From positions 1-64,000 of the IMG/VR virus record IMGVR_UViG_3300034060_000702: a DNA stretch of 64,000 nt; one strand, written 5' to 3'. The notes beneath the pieces were generated by a model. That model ran no database searches and was not told the origin of the DNA. It was given only the letters and a program-made list of their open reading frames with translations. Source of the DNA: a virus. This document shows, one piece after another, positions 28,914-39,165 of the stretch (position 1 is the first letter of the stretch; the number at the start of each line of letters is the position of its first letter). Position numbers and translations under genes: made by a program.

Positions 28914-31757
28914 TTAAGTTGTTGAATTTTGCTGAAGTCTAATCAACTCTTCAGGTGTTTGAACTTGATTTTCTGCATCGCTTGCATCACCAAGTTTGTA
29001 ATCTCCTTTTGCAACACCCATAACCATAGCAGCAATTTTATCAGGACTAACTCCTGGCATTTGTTTAACATACTCTGCATACATTCCAGGTATATCCATT
29101 TTGCTGTTTGTTTTCGGAGTAACAGGTTTTCCAGAACTATTGTAAATTACACCAGTAGCAATATCTTTTTTGAAATTGTTTGTGGTTTGATTTAAGTTAA
29201 ATATGTTCGAAGCATTAGTCCAAGCAGCATTTGATAACTCAACAATCTTATCTTTAGCAGCACTTATAGAATTGTCAAACTGTTGTTTTAAAGTTTGTCT
29301 TTTATCATGCATACTTGTTGCATTTGCAGCATCTTGAGCATTTGCAATATTTGCAAGTTGAGTATTTCTATCTTCAGCACTATTAAACAAACCTACATTC
29401 TTATCAGCATAATTGCTAATTTGATCTGCTACTTGTTCATATGCTTTACCTTGCATTTGAGAAACACCGGCAGCTAATTGACCGGGAGTTGCAAATGCTT
29501 GTAATCCAGCAATACCTTGACCAAGTTGAGAATTAACAGCAGCAATAGCTCTTTCCGGAGAATAGAACATTGTATCTGATTGTTGTGTTGCTCCAACTTT
29601 TGACCAAGGATCATATTTCTTAATATCATTTTTAGCATCAATTGCTCTATTTAAAGAAGCAATATCTTGTTTTCTAAAATCCCATTTACCAGGTACTGGA
29701 GGTTTAGCATTTAAAGGATTAGTTTTTACATCAACAGTTGAATCAATTTTTGCAGCTTCAGGTTCAATTTCATAATCAGGTTTCATTGAAAAACCAAAAG
29801 CATCAAAATGTTCAAAACCAGATTTTGCATCATCTTTATGAACAGGTCTATAGTCACCAGATGTTTTTAATTTATCTTCAATACCTCTTGTTACACCAGC
29901 AAAATTCTTTTTGTAAAAATCTTCTGACATTAATTCAGCATCATCTTTAGCTTTTACACCTAAGAAGCTAGTAAACTCTTTTTTGTTTACTAATCTTTTT
30001 GCAGGATCAGCAAAAGTTTCTTCAATTAATTTAAAACCTTCTTCTTCAGAAAGACCTTGACCTTTTGCTTTTTCAAGCAAGTATCTTTTTTCATAATCAT
30101 CTGGTGAAAATCCACCAACAAATGAACCGGTCTTATCTAACTTACCTTGAGCATTAGCAATTGAATAAGCACCAGTAGCTCCTTGATTAACAATTTTAAA
30201 CTTATCAGTACCAAAGTCTTTTCCTGATTTATTTATAGCTTTACTAATTGCAATCTTAGTTCTAAAGTCTGGATTAAATGTTCCAAGAACTTTAATACCA
30301 TTACCAACACATTTTCCATTCTTATCTTTTTTATTACATACAATAGTACCTGCTGCTAAACCATCTTCTATAGCTTTATTTGCTATTTTTAATGTTTCAG
30401 CATTAGTTACATCTTTACTCCATTCAGCTAACTCATTTGCAGCAGAAGTTTTAGTATTATTTGCTTTTACCTCACTACTCAAGTATCCTACTTTTCTGTA
30501 AGTACCATCTGGTTGTTCAACAAAGTCACCAACTTTAAATGAAGTATCTGTTGTTTTTTTAAATACAGCACCTTTAGGTACTTGATCTTTAGTATATGTT
30601 TTATATTTTTTAGTATCTGCTCCTCCATCTGCTTTAGGAAGACCAACAATAGTATACCTACCAGCTTGACCACCTTCTGCAAAATTATATGTAAGACCTG
30701 CTTTAACTTCAGGATTCCATAAGTCTTGAGGAAGCATAGTATTTTTAATACCTATGTTTGCATTTAATCCAGTTGGATTATTAGTTTCATATGAAAGACT
30801 AGCTTGCCCGCTTGGATTAAGTAAAGCACCAGGAACTGAAGAATTTTCTAAAGTTACATCTCCTTGTAAATTACCAACTTTTTTAGTAAAACCAATTGAT
30901 TGATTAGAAATTCTATTTTTAAAATCATCTATTAATGATTCAGTAGAGTAACCTGCATGTAATCCAGATTTATCAAAAACATTTACACCAGCACCAGCTA
31001 TTTGATCTGTTCTAACAACATTACCTTGCTCATCCTGTTGATCTTGATTATAACCATAAACAAAAGGATTTGCAGACAATCTATCTTTAAGTTTTGATAG
31101 TTTAGATTTACCACCTCCATCATCTTTCTTTTCTAAGAAACCTCCAAAGGCAGCTTGCATCTGTTGTCCTACAGCTTCTTGCTGTGCCTCATCTACTTTA
31201 AAAATATCATCTGGAGTAGTTTTAGTCTTATCAAAGAATGGAGCAAACTGTTCGCTAAATCCATCTTTCATTCCTTTTTTAGATTCTTGCCATAATGCTA
31301 ATGCAGATAATGCAAACCTAGAGTTATCTAAATTCTTAACAGCAGAAGCTTTTTGAATTTTATCAGCATACATATCTTTGATGATTGCTTTAGATTTAGC
31401 AACAGCATCAATATGCTTTTTAGAAATTTCAGCAGGTGTCATTCCTTTTTTAGATTCCACACCAAAAAACTCCAACTCTTCTTTATCCTTTATCAATAAT
31501 TTTTTGTTATCGGAATAAATAAAAGATGCACTTTTTCCATTATCATCACCAGTAGGCAAATCTAATGGAGTTCCACCAGCACTGTGTTTTTTACCACCTA
31601 TAGCTTTTAACTCAAAGATGTTATCATTTTCACTTAAATTAGTTAAAACTGTTTCACCTTTTTCAGCTTCTAAAACTGCTTTCTTTCTATCGACAGGTCC
31701 TACAGTTGTTTTTAACTTTTTCTTGGAACCATCAAATACATTTTTTTGAACAGCCAT
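28914..31757 (-). CDS. Putative internal virion/cargo protein (947 aa) with an N-terminal EAEKGE...GKKHSAGG module and an embedded beta-barrel-like segment
   Basis: ORF track; position; GG motifs; amphipathic strands ending in KAGLTYNF. Confidence 0.65.
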   Translation of the reverse strand: MAVQKNVFDGSKKKLKTTVGPVDRKKAVLEAEKGETVLTNLSENDNIFELKAIGGKKHSAGGTPLDLPTGDDNGKSASFIYSDNKKLLIKDKEELEFFGVESKKGMTPAEISKKHIDAVAKSKAIIKDMYADKIQKASAVKNLDNSRFALSALALWQESKKGMKDGFSEQFAPFFDKTKTTPDDIFKVDEAQQEAVGQQMQAAFGGFLEKKDDGGGKSKLSKLKDRLSANPFVYGYNQDQQDEQGNVVRTDQIAGAGVNVFDKSGLHAGYSTESLIDDFKNRISNQSIGFTKKVGNLQGDVTLENSSVPGALLNPSGQASLSYETNNPTGLNANIGIKNTMLPQDLWNPEVKAGLTYNFAEGGQAGRYTIVGLPKADGGADTKKYKTYTKDQVPKGAVFKKTTDTSFKVGDFVEQPDGTYRKVGYLSSEVKANNTKTSAANELAEWSKDVTNAETLKIANKAIEDGLAAGTIVCNKKDKNGKCVGNGIKVLGTFNPDFRTKIAISKAINKSGKDFGTDKFKIVNQGATGAYSIANAQGKLDKTGSFVGGFSPDDYEKRYLLEKAKGQGLSEEEGFKLIEETFADPAKRLVNKKEFTSFLGVKAKDDAELMSEDFYKKNFAGVTRGIEDKLKTSGDYRPVHKDDAKSGFEHFDAFGFSMKPDYEIEPEAAKIDSTVDVKTNPLNAKPPVPGKWDFRKQDIASLNRAIDAKNDIKKYDPWSKVGATQQSDTMFYSPERAIAAVNSQLGQGIAGLQAFATPGQLAAGVSQMQGKAYEQVADQISNYADKNVGLFNSAEDRNTQLANIANAQDAANATSMHDKRQTLKQQFDNSISAAKDKIVELSNAAWTNASNIFNLNQTTNNFKKDIATGVIYNSSGKPVTPKTNSKMDIPGMYAEYVKQMPGVSPDKIAAMVMGVAKGDYKLGDASDAENQVQTPEELIRLQQNSTT

Positions 31758-31760
31758 ATT

Positions 31761-34106
31761 TTAAGATTTTTGAATGTTAATACCATGAGCTTTAAATAAG
31801 GCAACATCATCATCACTTAAATCATATTGTCCACCTAATGCATATGTCTTACCACCAAGAGAATATACTTGCTGATTCATTGATTGACTAGTGTTAGTTA
31901 AGTTTTGAATTTCAGCACCTGTATCAGTACCACCCATAAAGTTACCAAATTGATCCCAACCTTGATTCTCTAATTGATTTCTTGGTCCATTTACAGCAGA
32001 TAACTTACCTTCATTTTCTTTATCAAGTCTTCTTTGTTCTGCTTCATTTGCAAATTTAGTAACCCAATCCATTCCTTGTTTACCAACATCAGCTGCAGCA
32101 TTCCAATCAACTTTAAGTTTACCTTTTTTATTCATAACCTCAACTTCTGTTTCAGCATTAAAAGGATTATCTTCAGGTAAACTGTAACCTCTTTCCATGA
32201 TTAATTCTTCTGAAGTTTTACCACCTGGACCAAATTTATTTAATCCTCCACCAAATGCCATCATAATAGTTTGAGCAGCTTTATGTAAATCAGATGAAGT
32301 TACACCACCAAAAGATTTCATTCCATGTGATTCTTGCATATACTTTAGTTTCTCATCTAAATCAGGTTCTACTACTTCTTCTTGACGTGGAGAATCAACT
32401 ATAGATTTATTTTCAGGAAAATGTAACATTGAAAAAGTAAGATTACGTGGGTTATCTTTAGTTTCAACAACAGGTTCAACAACAGGTTTAGAAGCTACAG
32501 GTATAGTTTCACCTGGTTTAAGAGGTATAGTAGTAGTAGGCGCAGTAGTAGGATTATTAAATGAAGACAAGCGATTAATAAAATTATGTGCTTCAGGACT
32601 TAAATCAGTAGCAGAATCATAAGTTTTTTGTTTAGGAAGTACTGGAAGTCGTCTGTAACCAAAAGTTTTATCATAAGCTTCTTGATTTCTTTTAAGTGAT
32701 GCTTGATTTTCTGCAATTTCTTCTGGTGTAGGGGTATAATCTTCTTCTTCTGAAGTTACAGGTGTAGTTGTTTTTTTAGGCATAACTTTTGAATTAGCTT
32801 TCATACCTGGTATATTCTCATCAACATATACATCATCTGGTATTTCGCTTGTTAAAGTAGAAGTTGCCGCAGTTGTTGGTGCAACTACCGCAGGAACTAC
32901 TGGTGGAACTACAGCAGTTACAGGAGGTATAGCACCAGGAGTTGTAGCAGTTGGTACAACTCCAGTTGGAGTAGCACCTTGCGCTGGATCCCAATTAATC
33001 TTATATTTCTTACCTACTACTTTTCTATTAAAAAGACCACCTCTAATATCTTCAGCTTCTGTTGTCTTCCATGTTCTTCCATCAGCAGTACCAGTACCTT
33101 TTCCAGGATCAAATAAATCTGAATAGTTAAAACCAGCAGGAACATTTTTTCCATTGATTTGCATTTGTCCAGGTTCTCTTCCAGAGTTACCAAACAATCT
33201 TGCTAATGATGATGTTCCAAATGTATTAGTTGGAGGCGCATAATTATAAACTATGTTATATCTTGGTTGACCATAAGGATTAATATTTGGATTACTAAAT
33301 TGAGGATTTTGTCCTGTATTAATAGCTGTTGCTACTGGAGCTTTATATTTACCTACTTCAGTTTTATAATCAAGCTTGGTTGTATTCTTGTCATCTGCAT
33401 TATAGTCATATAAAGCTTCAAGATATTCTCCTCTAGTTTTATACTTAGACATATCTAGACCACCATCAGCTTTAGGAAGATCTCCACCAAACTTCATGGA
33501 ATCTGGACTGTTTTGAAAAACTTGCTTACTAGCTTGATTCATTAATGCATTTTGTTTTATAGCATTAATAAAATTTGCTTGTCTATCTTGTACATAAGAA
33601 GCAGAGTTAACATTAAGATCAGCTTTACCACCAAATGCTTTTTCAATTAAATTAAATGCAGGACCTCCAAAAGCCATTTGCAATTCTTCATCTGTTGGTT
33701 GAGAAGCACCTTGTTGCTCTTGCATCATAGCCATTTCTTCAGGAGATGGTTGACCACCTTCTTGAGGCATACCTTGCGGAGCACCTTCCATCATTTCCTC
33801 TTGTGGATTAGATGCTTGACCTTCTATCTGCTCTTCACCAGGACCTTGTTGTTGTTGACCACCCTGCATAGCTTCTTGAATAGTAGCTTGTGCTTCTTCT
33901 GGAGCCATACCCATTTGAGTAAATACTTCCATGATCACTTCTGGTGGAACTTGACTACCTAATAATTGAGCAGCAACTTCTGCAGGTTGCGCACCTTGCT
34001 CCAACATTTGTTGAGCCATTTGCATTACTTGTTGCATTTGATCACCCCCTCCTTGTTGAGGAGCTTGTTGTGCTGGTGCACCTGGCATGTTTTGAGAATC
34101 TTCCAT
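31761..34106 (-). CDS. Putative internal virion protein (781 aa), low complexity, rich in GG motifs
   Basis: Q/E/M/P-rich N-terminus; MAFGG, KAFGG, MKFGG, KADGG, KSFGG, YSLGG and YALGG motifs; P/T-rich middle. Confidence 0.65.
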   Translation of the reverse strand: MEDSQNMPGAPAQQAPQQGGGDQMQQVMQMAQQMLEQGAQPAEVAAQLLGSQVPPEVIMEVFTQMGMAPEEAQATIQEAMQGGQQQQGPGEEQIEGQASNPQEEMMEGAPQGMPQEGGQPSPEEMAMMQEQQGASQPTDEELQMAFGGPAFNLIEKAFGGKADLNVNSASYVQDRQANFINAIKQNALMNQASKQVFQNSPDSMKFGGDLPKADGGLDMSKYKTRGEYLEALYDYNADDKNTTKLDYKTEVGKYKAPVATAINTGQNPQFSNPNINPYGQPRYNIVYNYAPPTNTFGTSSLARLFGNSGREPGQMQINGKNVPAGFNYSDLFDPGKGTGTADGRTWKTTEAEDIRGGLFNRKVVGKKYKINWDPAQGATPTGVVPTATTPGAIPPVTAVVPPVVPAVVAPTTAATSTLTSEIPDDVYVDENIPGMKANSKVMPKKTTTPVTSEEEDYTPTPEEIAENQASLKRNQEAYDKTFGYRRLPVLPKQKTYDSATDLSPEAHNFINRLSSFNNPTTAPTTTIPLKPGETIPVASKPVVEPVVETKDNPRNLTFSMLHFPENKSIVDSPRQEEVVEPDLDEKLKYMQESHGMKSFGGVTSSDLHKAAQTIMMAFGGGLNKFGPGGKTSEELIMERGYSLPEDNPFNAETEVEVMNKKGKLKVDWNAAADVGKQGMDWVTKFANEAEQRRLDKENEGKLSAVNGPRNQLENQGWDQFGNFMGGTDTGAEIQNLTNTSQSMNQQVYSLGGKTYALGGQYDLSDDDVALFKAHGINIQKS

Positions 34107-34168
34107 AACTTAATACTTGTTAAAATTAATATAGTAAAAATAATTTAGAATGTATAACTAATAAATGT

Positions 34169-37100
34169 TTATCTTAATGACTGTAGCATATCTGCATATG
34201 CAATATTGACAAGCATTTCCACATTATCATTTTCCATTCTTCTTAATATCACGCGATGCTTATTGTTTCTAAACTTCTTTCTTTCAAATTCTGATTTTTG
34301 ATAATTAATTGAATCAGGGTTTATACTGCGAATGTAACCATTATCTTCTGTTTTCCATATGGTTTCCTTTACATTACTATACTCACCTCTGTCTTTAACT
34401 ATATCCCAAAATTGATTGAATCTATATTTTTGTTCTTCTTTAGAATACAATATATCGATTGAATTAAAGTTTACTTTTGGATAAGAAATCATATCACTTA
34501 AATCATTTTTAGGATTCAAGTTCAATTTTAACTTTCCAGAAATCTGTTCTGTATTATAAATTACAGCCTCATCAAAGTTTCGATCTAATAATAAAAATTT
34601 ATCATAGGTGTTCTTATCATAGATAGAAGCTTCAATGTAGTATTCGATGCTTCTTAAAGTAGTAACTTCTAAGTTTGTATCTAATTCAAATTCTACTTCA
34701 AAAGGATAAGAGTCACCATAATAATTACAATAGTTTGTAACACTTTTATTATGTCGCCAGAACCCATTTACTTTAGTTGTAATGAATGTATTCTTACCAG
34801 ACATAGCTAAGTCTGGATGCCAGTCATGGAATGAAACAAAATGATTAATCATTGGATCATAAGAAATAGTCCAAGAAGCATTGTTAAAATACATTGGATT
34901 CCCAACATGTGTTTCAAACATCCCACCAATTAAGAAAATACCATCTCCTTTATATTCGACAGTCATCAAAGGATTAGGTCCTTTGAATTCATCTTTTAAA
35001 GAGTAATCTTTTTTACAGAAATAAACAATACCATACTCATTATCATAAATAGTTTGGCAGCCAATTCCAGCAACTGGATTGTCATCAATATCGAAGTTTG
35101 GAAAATCTTCTTTTAACTTATATGGTAAATAAAGATTCAACCAAAATTCATTATGATTTAAAGACAATTCTTTTATTCCACCTGCATATTGAAATAGTTT
35201 ACCTTGATTCAAACACATCCAATATAAACCTGTAGGTGTATTTATTACAGATAATCTACTTTGACAAGAACCATACTCATAAGATCTTTCTGAATTAGAA
35301 AGTCTTTGTAAATCTCTTGCAAATAAACTACCATCTCCAATTTGAAGTTGAGTACCGCTACCAGTTTGTAATGTATCTACACCAGGAAGTAAACCAGGAG
35401 CAGTATTCTTAAACAGTATTAATGCTGCAGTTTTATCAATTGGTTTTATAGCTGTAACTTCACTGTCAAAGTCTTTATAATTATAAGGTAAGAATACTGA
35501 CCAATTATCTTTTTTTGTTTCAGTTTGTTGAGGTAATGAATACAACACTCTTCTAATTCTTTTTGTATAACAAGAAGCATATAACAAAGGATCATATTTT
35601 AATTCTTGTATAGTTGACCATGGAATTTTTGCAAATGGTAAAAAAGATACAGCAACACTTCGATCAAGTTTATAATAATTATCATTCTTAATAATATTAT
35701 TATGGAACATTGCATCTAAGTTACTTGTTATAGGATAGTGTCTTTTTTCAATTACTTCTCCATAATCACGACAGTCAATATTTAATTCAGACTCAACAAA
35801 GAATTCTCGAACTCCAGAATTAAACAAATACATGTATGCTTTTTTCAATGTAAACAAACCTTCACCCTTTCCATTCTTATCAAATACATGTAATGAAGAA
35901 GGTACACCTAAAGCTTGAAAAAAAGCATCTGCGGCATTTGGATTATCTTTAAACATTCTATCAGCTGCATTTTTAAAAGCATCTGATATAGATGATGTAA
36001 AGTCACTAAAATCATAATTTTCAGTATTCATCCAATAAGATGTATACTCAAACATTTGATGCAATCTATAATTAAGTTCAGCTCCATCAGGTTCACCATG
36101 TAACCATTGTTGAAAATAGTATAATGTATTTTTTTCAGAATACTTTCCAATATATGTATCACCACCAAAAACTATATCAGATTTAGATTGATTTACATTA
36201 TAGATAAATGATTGTGTTGGAATAATTTTAATATTTGTTAATTGACCATATTGATTTCGCAATCTATTTTTTATTGCAACATAATGAGAAGAAGCTCTAT
36301 AAAAATTATCCGCAAATTGTGCAGAATCCTCAAGAGCATTAATTTTTGGAGGTCTAGATATATCTTGTATAGTTGGATCTGATACATTTGATGTTGTTGT
36401 AAGTACAACAGTTTCTTGTCTATGAGTATGATTAATTACATAGTTTTGTGAAGGTGTATATAAATCATATAATCCAGGATTTAAGTATTTAGCATTATGT
36501 AACTTCTTTCTAATATTTGCAGGATTTGGAATACCAAAGTTTTCATATTGACAAACAGAAACATGTTGATAAGCAAATTGAGAATATTTAGAAATAGATT
36601 TTATCAACTCTAAAAAAGAGTTTGCTCCTTCTCCTAAATAATTTGTAAACACAGGAATTGCTGTAATAGCTCTTAATAAACCAGGACTTCTATCTACATT
36701 ATCATAACTTATTTCCGTATGCCCAGATACTAATTGAGAACCAGGAATTAAACTTGCAACAAATCCAGCATCTTGAGCAAAAGCTTTGGCAACATAGTTT
36801 GTAGAAGCAACTCCATAGTTTTGACCAGTAAATACATCAGCTACAGTTGTAGTACCTTCTAATGCTATAGAACCTATATCCGATGCTAAACCTACAACAC
36901 CTGCTGCAGATAAACCAGGAACAATACCTCCAAGACCATTTGCAAGACCTGCATAAGCTTCAAGCCATGGTAACGAACTACCATCTCCTTTAGAAGAAAC
37001 ATATTTTGTATTTCTTGTACCAGATACTTTACCAATAGCATATCCAATACCTATTACAACACTAACAGTAAATGCAAAGTTTGTTACAAATTTATGTCTT

Positions 37101-39163
37101 GGATGTTCATCAACAGGTTTGTAATGTCCTTTAGACATACCATACATTTCCCCATAAATTTTTAATTCATCATCTACAAGAAATGGTTTAACAAACATTG
37201 TATCTGGTGAATGGAATGTAAAGTTTTTTCTATTCACAGCATCATTAGGAACTAAGTGAATTACTTTTCCAGTAACTTCAGTTATACCAGGAGCTTTAGA
37301 AATAAATGGATCTGGTCGCAAATCATTGAATGGATAGTTTGCATACATTCCTTTTTGCTTACCTGCGTTAACAACAGATGGTAAATCATACTCAAACATG
37401 TTATTGATTAATCCTTTGTATAAAACAGTTTTATTACCATTTCTACTTCCTCTAAGGATTTCATAACCAACAATCGATTTAATCTTTACACCATTATTGT
37501 CAACAGGTGGTTTGATATTCTCAAACTGAACACCCATAATTCTAATCTTATCTCCACCATCACTATAGTGATTAGAGTTAGTATTCTTAGTACCACCAGA
37601 AGAAATAACATTTTCAGGAAACTTATGATGTCTAATTGGTTTACCACATAAATCATGATCTGGAATTTGAGAAGCAGACCAAGTGTGTGCACTTGCATTC
37701 CATACAGTAGGATTCTTATCCGGATAAAATTCAGAAGATTCATGGTAAGCCATTCTTCCCCTTTGAATAACTACACCACCATCAGGTAGTTCAGGATTAG
37801 GAACAGGTAAACTTGAGTTATCTACCCAAGCAGTATTATAAACTTCAAATACTTTAGGAGCATAACCTTGTTCGATAATATTAGCAGAGCCTGGCGCAGT
37901 TGCATTTTCTATTAATGTAGCAGCAACACCACCAGCATCTGAAGGTACTTTGTAATCAACAGGACCTCTTCCTGGAATATGATATGCTTTTGTTTTATCT
38001 CCAGTATTATGAATCCATCTAATGAAAAAAGGATATACTTCATCACGCATATAACCAACATTAACCCCAGCATTCTTGTAGTACTCTTTTGTGTATTCAA
38101 CACAAGTCCACCAAGATTGAATTTGATTTGCTAATGGTTGGTAATTAAACTCAAACTTTTCAGTTGGAGCAACTCTTAATGCATACATACCATTTTCATA
38201 TATCCCTTCCGATTTGTCTGGAACTGGGGTAAGAATAGGCAGGCTTTCTAAAGATACTATAGGGAGAGTAAGATCAACAAAATCTATTATGACAGCACTT
38301 TGACTAGTACTATAAGAACCAATCTTTCTTGCAACTGTCTTCTCCGATATAGTAGATACCAATACCAAATCAAAATCATCAAAGTCTGTATCAAGATTGT
38401 CAAACTGAATCTCAATAGCATTGTTTACATTCTCATGACTCCATAGAGCAACCACATTAGACATAGTAGAGTAATCAGATACCTGTTGTCCATTTACAGT
38501 ATAGCAAATATGTACATGGTAAGAACCATTTAACATACTACCACCAGAAACTCCCTTAGCTATTTTTATATTAGGATAGGTAAGATAACTCTCCAATCGG
38601 ATTTTATCGCAGTCAAGGATCTTATTTCCATCTACATCAGTCTTATCTACACAAGTAATACATCCACCGGGCAAGGAACCGTTACTATCACTACATGTTT
38701 GCACCCAAGGAATCTTTTCAGTATCAACTACCCTATCCGGATTTATACCATCTGCAAAGTATACTTTGTAAGAACAATCAAATGTTGCTCTAGAAACTCC
38801 TTTAATTAAATGTGAGGTTTTAAAATTCAAACAAGCATCTCTAACAAGTTTCACATAAGTGCAAGCACCCTCATCGAACATGCCAATTTCAGACTCATAA
38901 TTATTTGTGCTGAATACTATCCATTCTGTTCCAACAATGTGTATTGCACCTATAACAGTAAATGGAGCAATAGTACAAAGTATATTTCCAAACTCATTAC
39001 CTAGTTTACCTAAATCACCTTTTCTAGAATTATTAGATGCATTCCTTGCATAAGTCCAACTACCTTGAGGAGCTCCTCCTCCTGCTGGTTCATTAATTTG
39101 CATCCCAGTTGAGAATGAAGCACCTGTTTGTGTTGAACTTTGTCCTGAAGATTTCTTAGCCAT
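34169..39163 (-). CDS. Tail muzzle / tail stabilisation protein (crAss-like)
   Basis: 1664 aa, beta-rich. Motifs GYMRDEVY, GYEILRG, FGGDTYI and WTISYD...SFHDW resemble crAss-like muzzle proteins; follows the ring-protein genes. Confidence 0.75.
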   Translation of the reverse strand: MAKKSSGQSSTQTGASFSTGMQINEPAGGGAPQGSWTYARNASNNSRKGDLGKLGNEFGNILCTIAPFTVIGAIHIVGTEWIVFSTNNYESEIGMFDEGACTYVKLVRDACLNFKTSHLIKGVSRATFDCSYKVYFADGINPDRVVDTEKIPWVQTCSDSNGSLPGGCITCVDKTDVDGNKILDCDKIRLESYLTYPNIKIAKGVSGGSMLNGSYHVHICYTVNGQQVSDYSTMSNVVALWSHENVNNAIEIQFDNLDTDFDDFDLVLVSTISEKTVARKIGSYSTSQSAVIIDFVDLTLPIVSLESLPILTPVPDKSEGIYENGMYALRVAPTEKFEFNYQPLANQIQSWWTCVEYTKEYYKNAGVNVGYMRDEVYPFFIRWIHNTGDKTKAYHIPGRGPVDYKVPSDAGGVAATLIENATAPGSANIIEQGYAPKVFEVYNTAWVDNSSLPVPNPELPDGGVVIQRGRMAYHESSEFYPDKNPTVWNASAHTWSASQIPDHDLCGKPIRHHKFPENVISSGGTKNTNSNHYSDGGDKIRIMGVQFENIKPPVDNNGVKIKSIVGYEILRGSRNGNKTVLYKGLINNMFEYDLPSVVNAGKQKGMYANYPFNDLRPDPFISKAPGITEVTGKVIHLVPNDAVNRKNFTFHSPDTMFVKPFLVDDELKIYGEMYGMSKGHYKPVDEHPRHKFVTNFAFTVSVVIGIGYAIGKVSGTRNTKYVSSKGDGSSLPWLEAYAGLANGLGGIVPGLSAAGVVGLASDIGSIALEGTTTVADVFTGQNYGVASTNYVAKAFAQDAGFVASLIPGSQLVSGHTEISYDNVDRSPGLLRAITAIPVFTNYLGEGANSFLELIKSISKYSQFAYQHVSVCQYENFGIPNPANIRKKLHNAKYLNPGLYDLYTPSQNYVINHTHRQETVVLTTTSNVSDPTIQDISRPPKINALEDSAQFADNFYRASSHYVAIKNRLRNQYGQLTNIKIIPTQSFIYNVNQSKSDIVFGGDTYIGKYSEKNTLYYFQQWLHGEPDGAELNYRLHQMFEYTSYWMNTENYDFSDFTSSISDAFKNAADRMFKDNPNAADAFFQALGVPSSLHVFDKNGKGEGLFTLKKAYMYLFNSGVREFFVESELNIDCRDYGEVIEKRHYPITSNLDAMFHNNIIKNDNYYKLDRSVAVSFLPFAKIPWSTIQELKYDPLLYASCYTKRIRRVLYSLPQQTETKKDNWSVFLPYNYKDFDSEVTAIKPIDKTAALILFKNTAPGLLPGVDTLQTGSGTQLQIGDGSLFARDLQRLSNSERSYEYGSCQSRLSVINTPTGLYWMCLNQGKLFQYAGGIKELSLNHNEFWLNLYLPYKLKEDFPNFDIDDNPVAGIGCQTIYDNEYGIVYFCKKDYSLKDEFKGPNPLMTVEYKGDGIFLIGGMFETHVGNPMYFNNASWTISYDPMINHFVSFHDWHPDLAMSGKNTFITTKVNGFWRHNKSVTNYCNYYGDSYPFEVEFELDTNLEVTTLRSIEYYIEASIYDKNTYDKFLLLDRNFDEAVIYNTEQISGKLKLNLNPKNDLSDMISYPKVNFNSIDILYSKEEQKYRFNQFWDIVKDRGEYSNVKETIWKTEDNGYIRSINPDSINYQKSEFERKKFRNNKHRVILRRMENDNVEMLVNIAYADMLQSLR

Positions 39164-39165
39164 TA

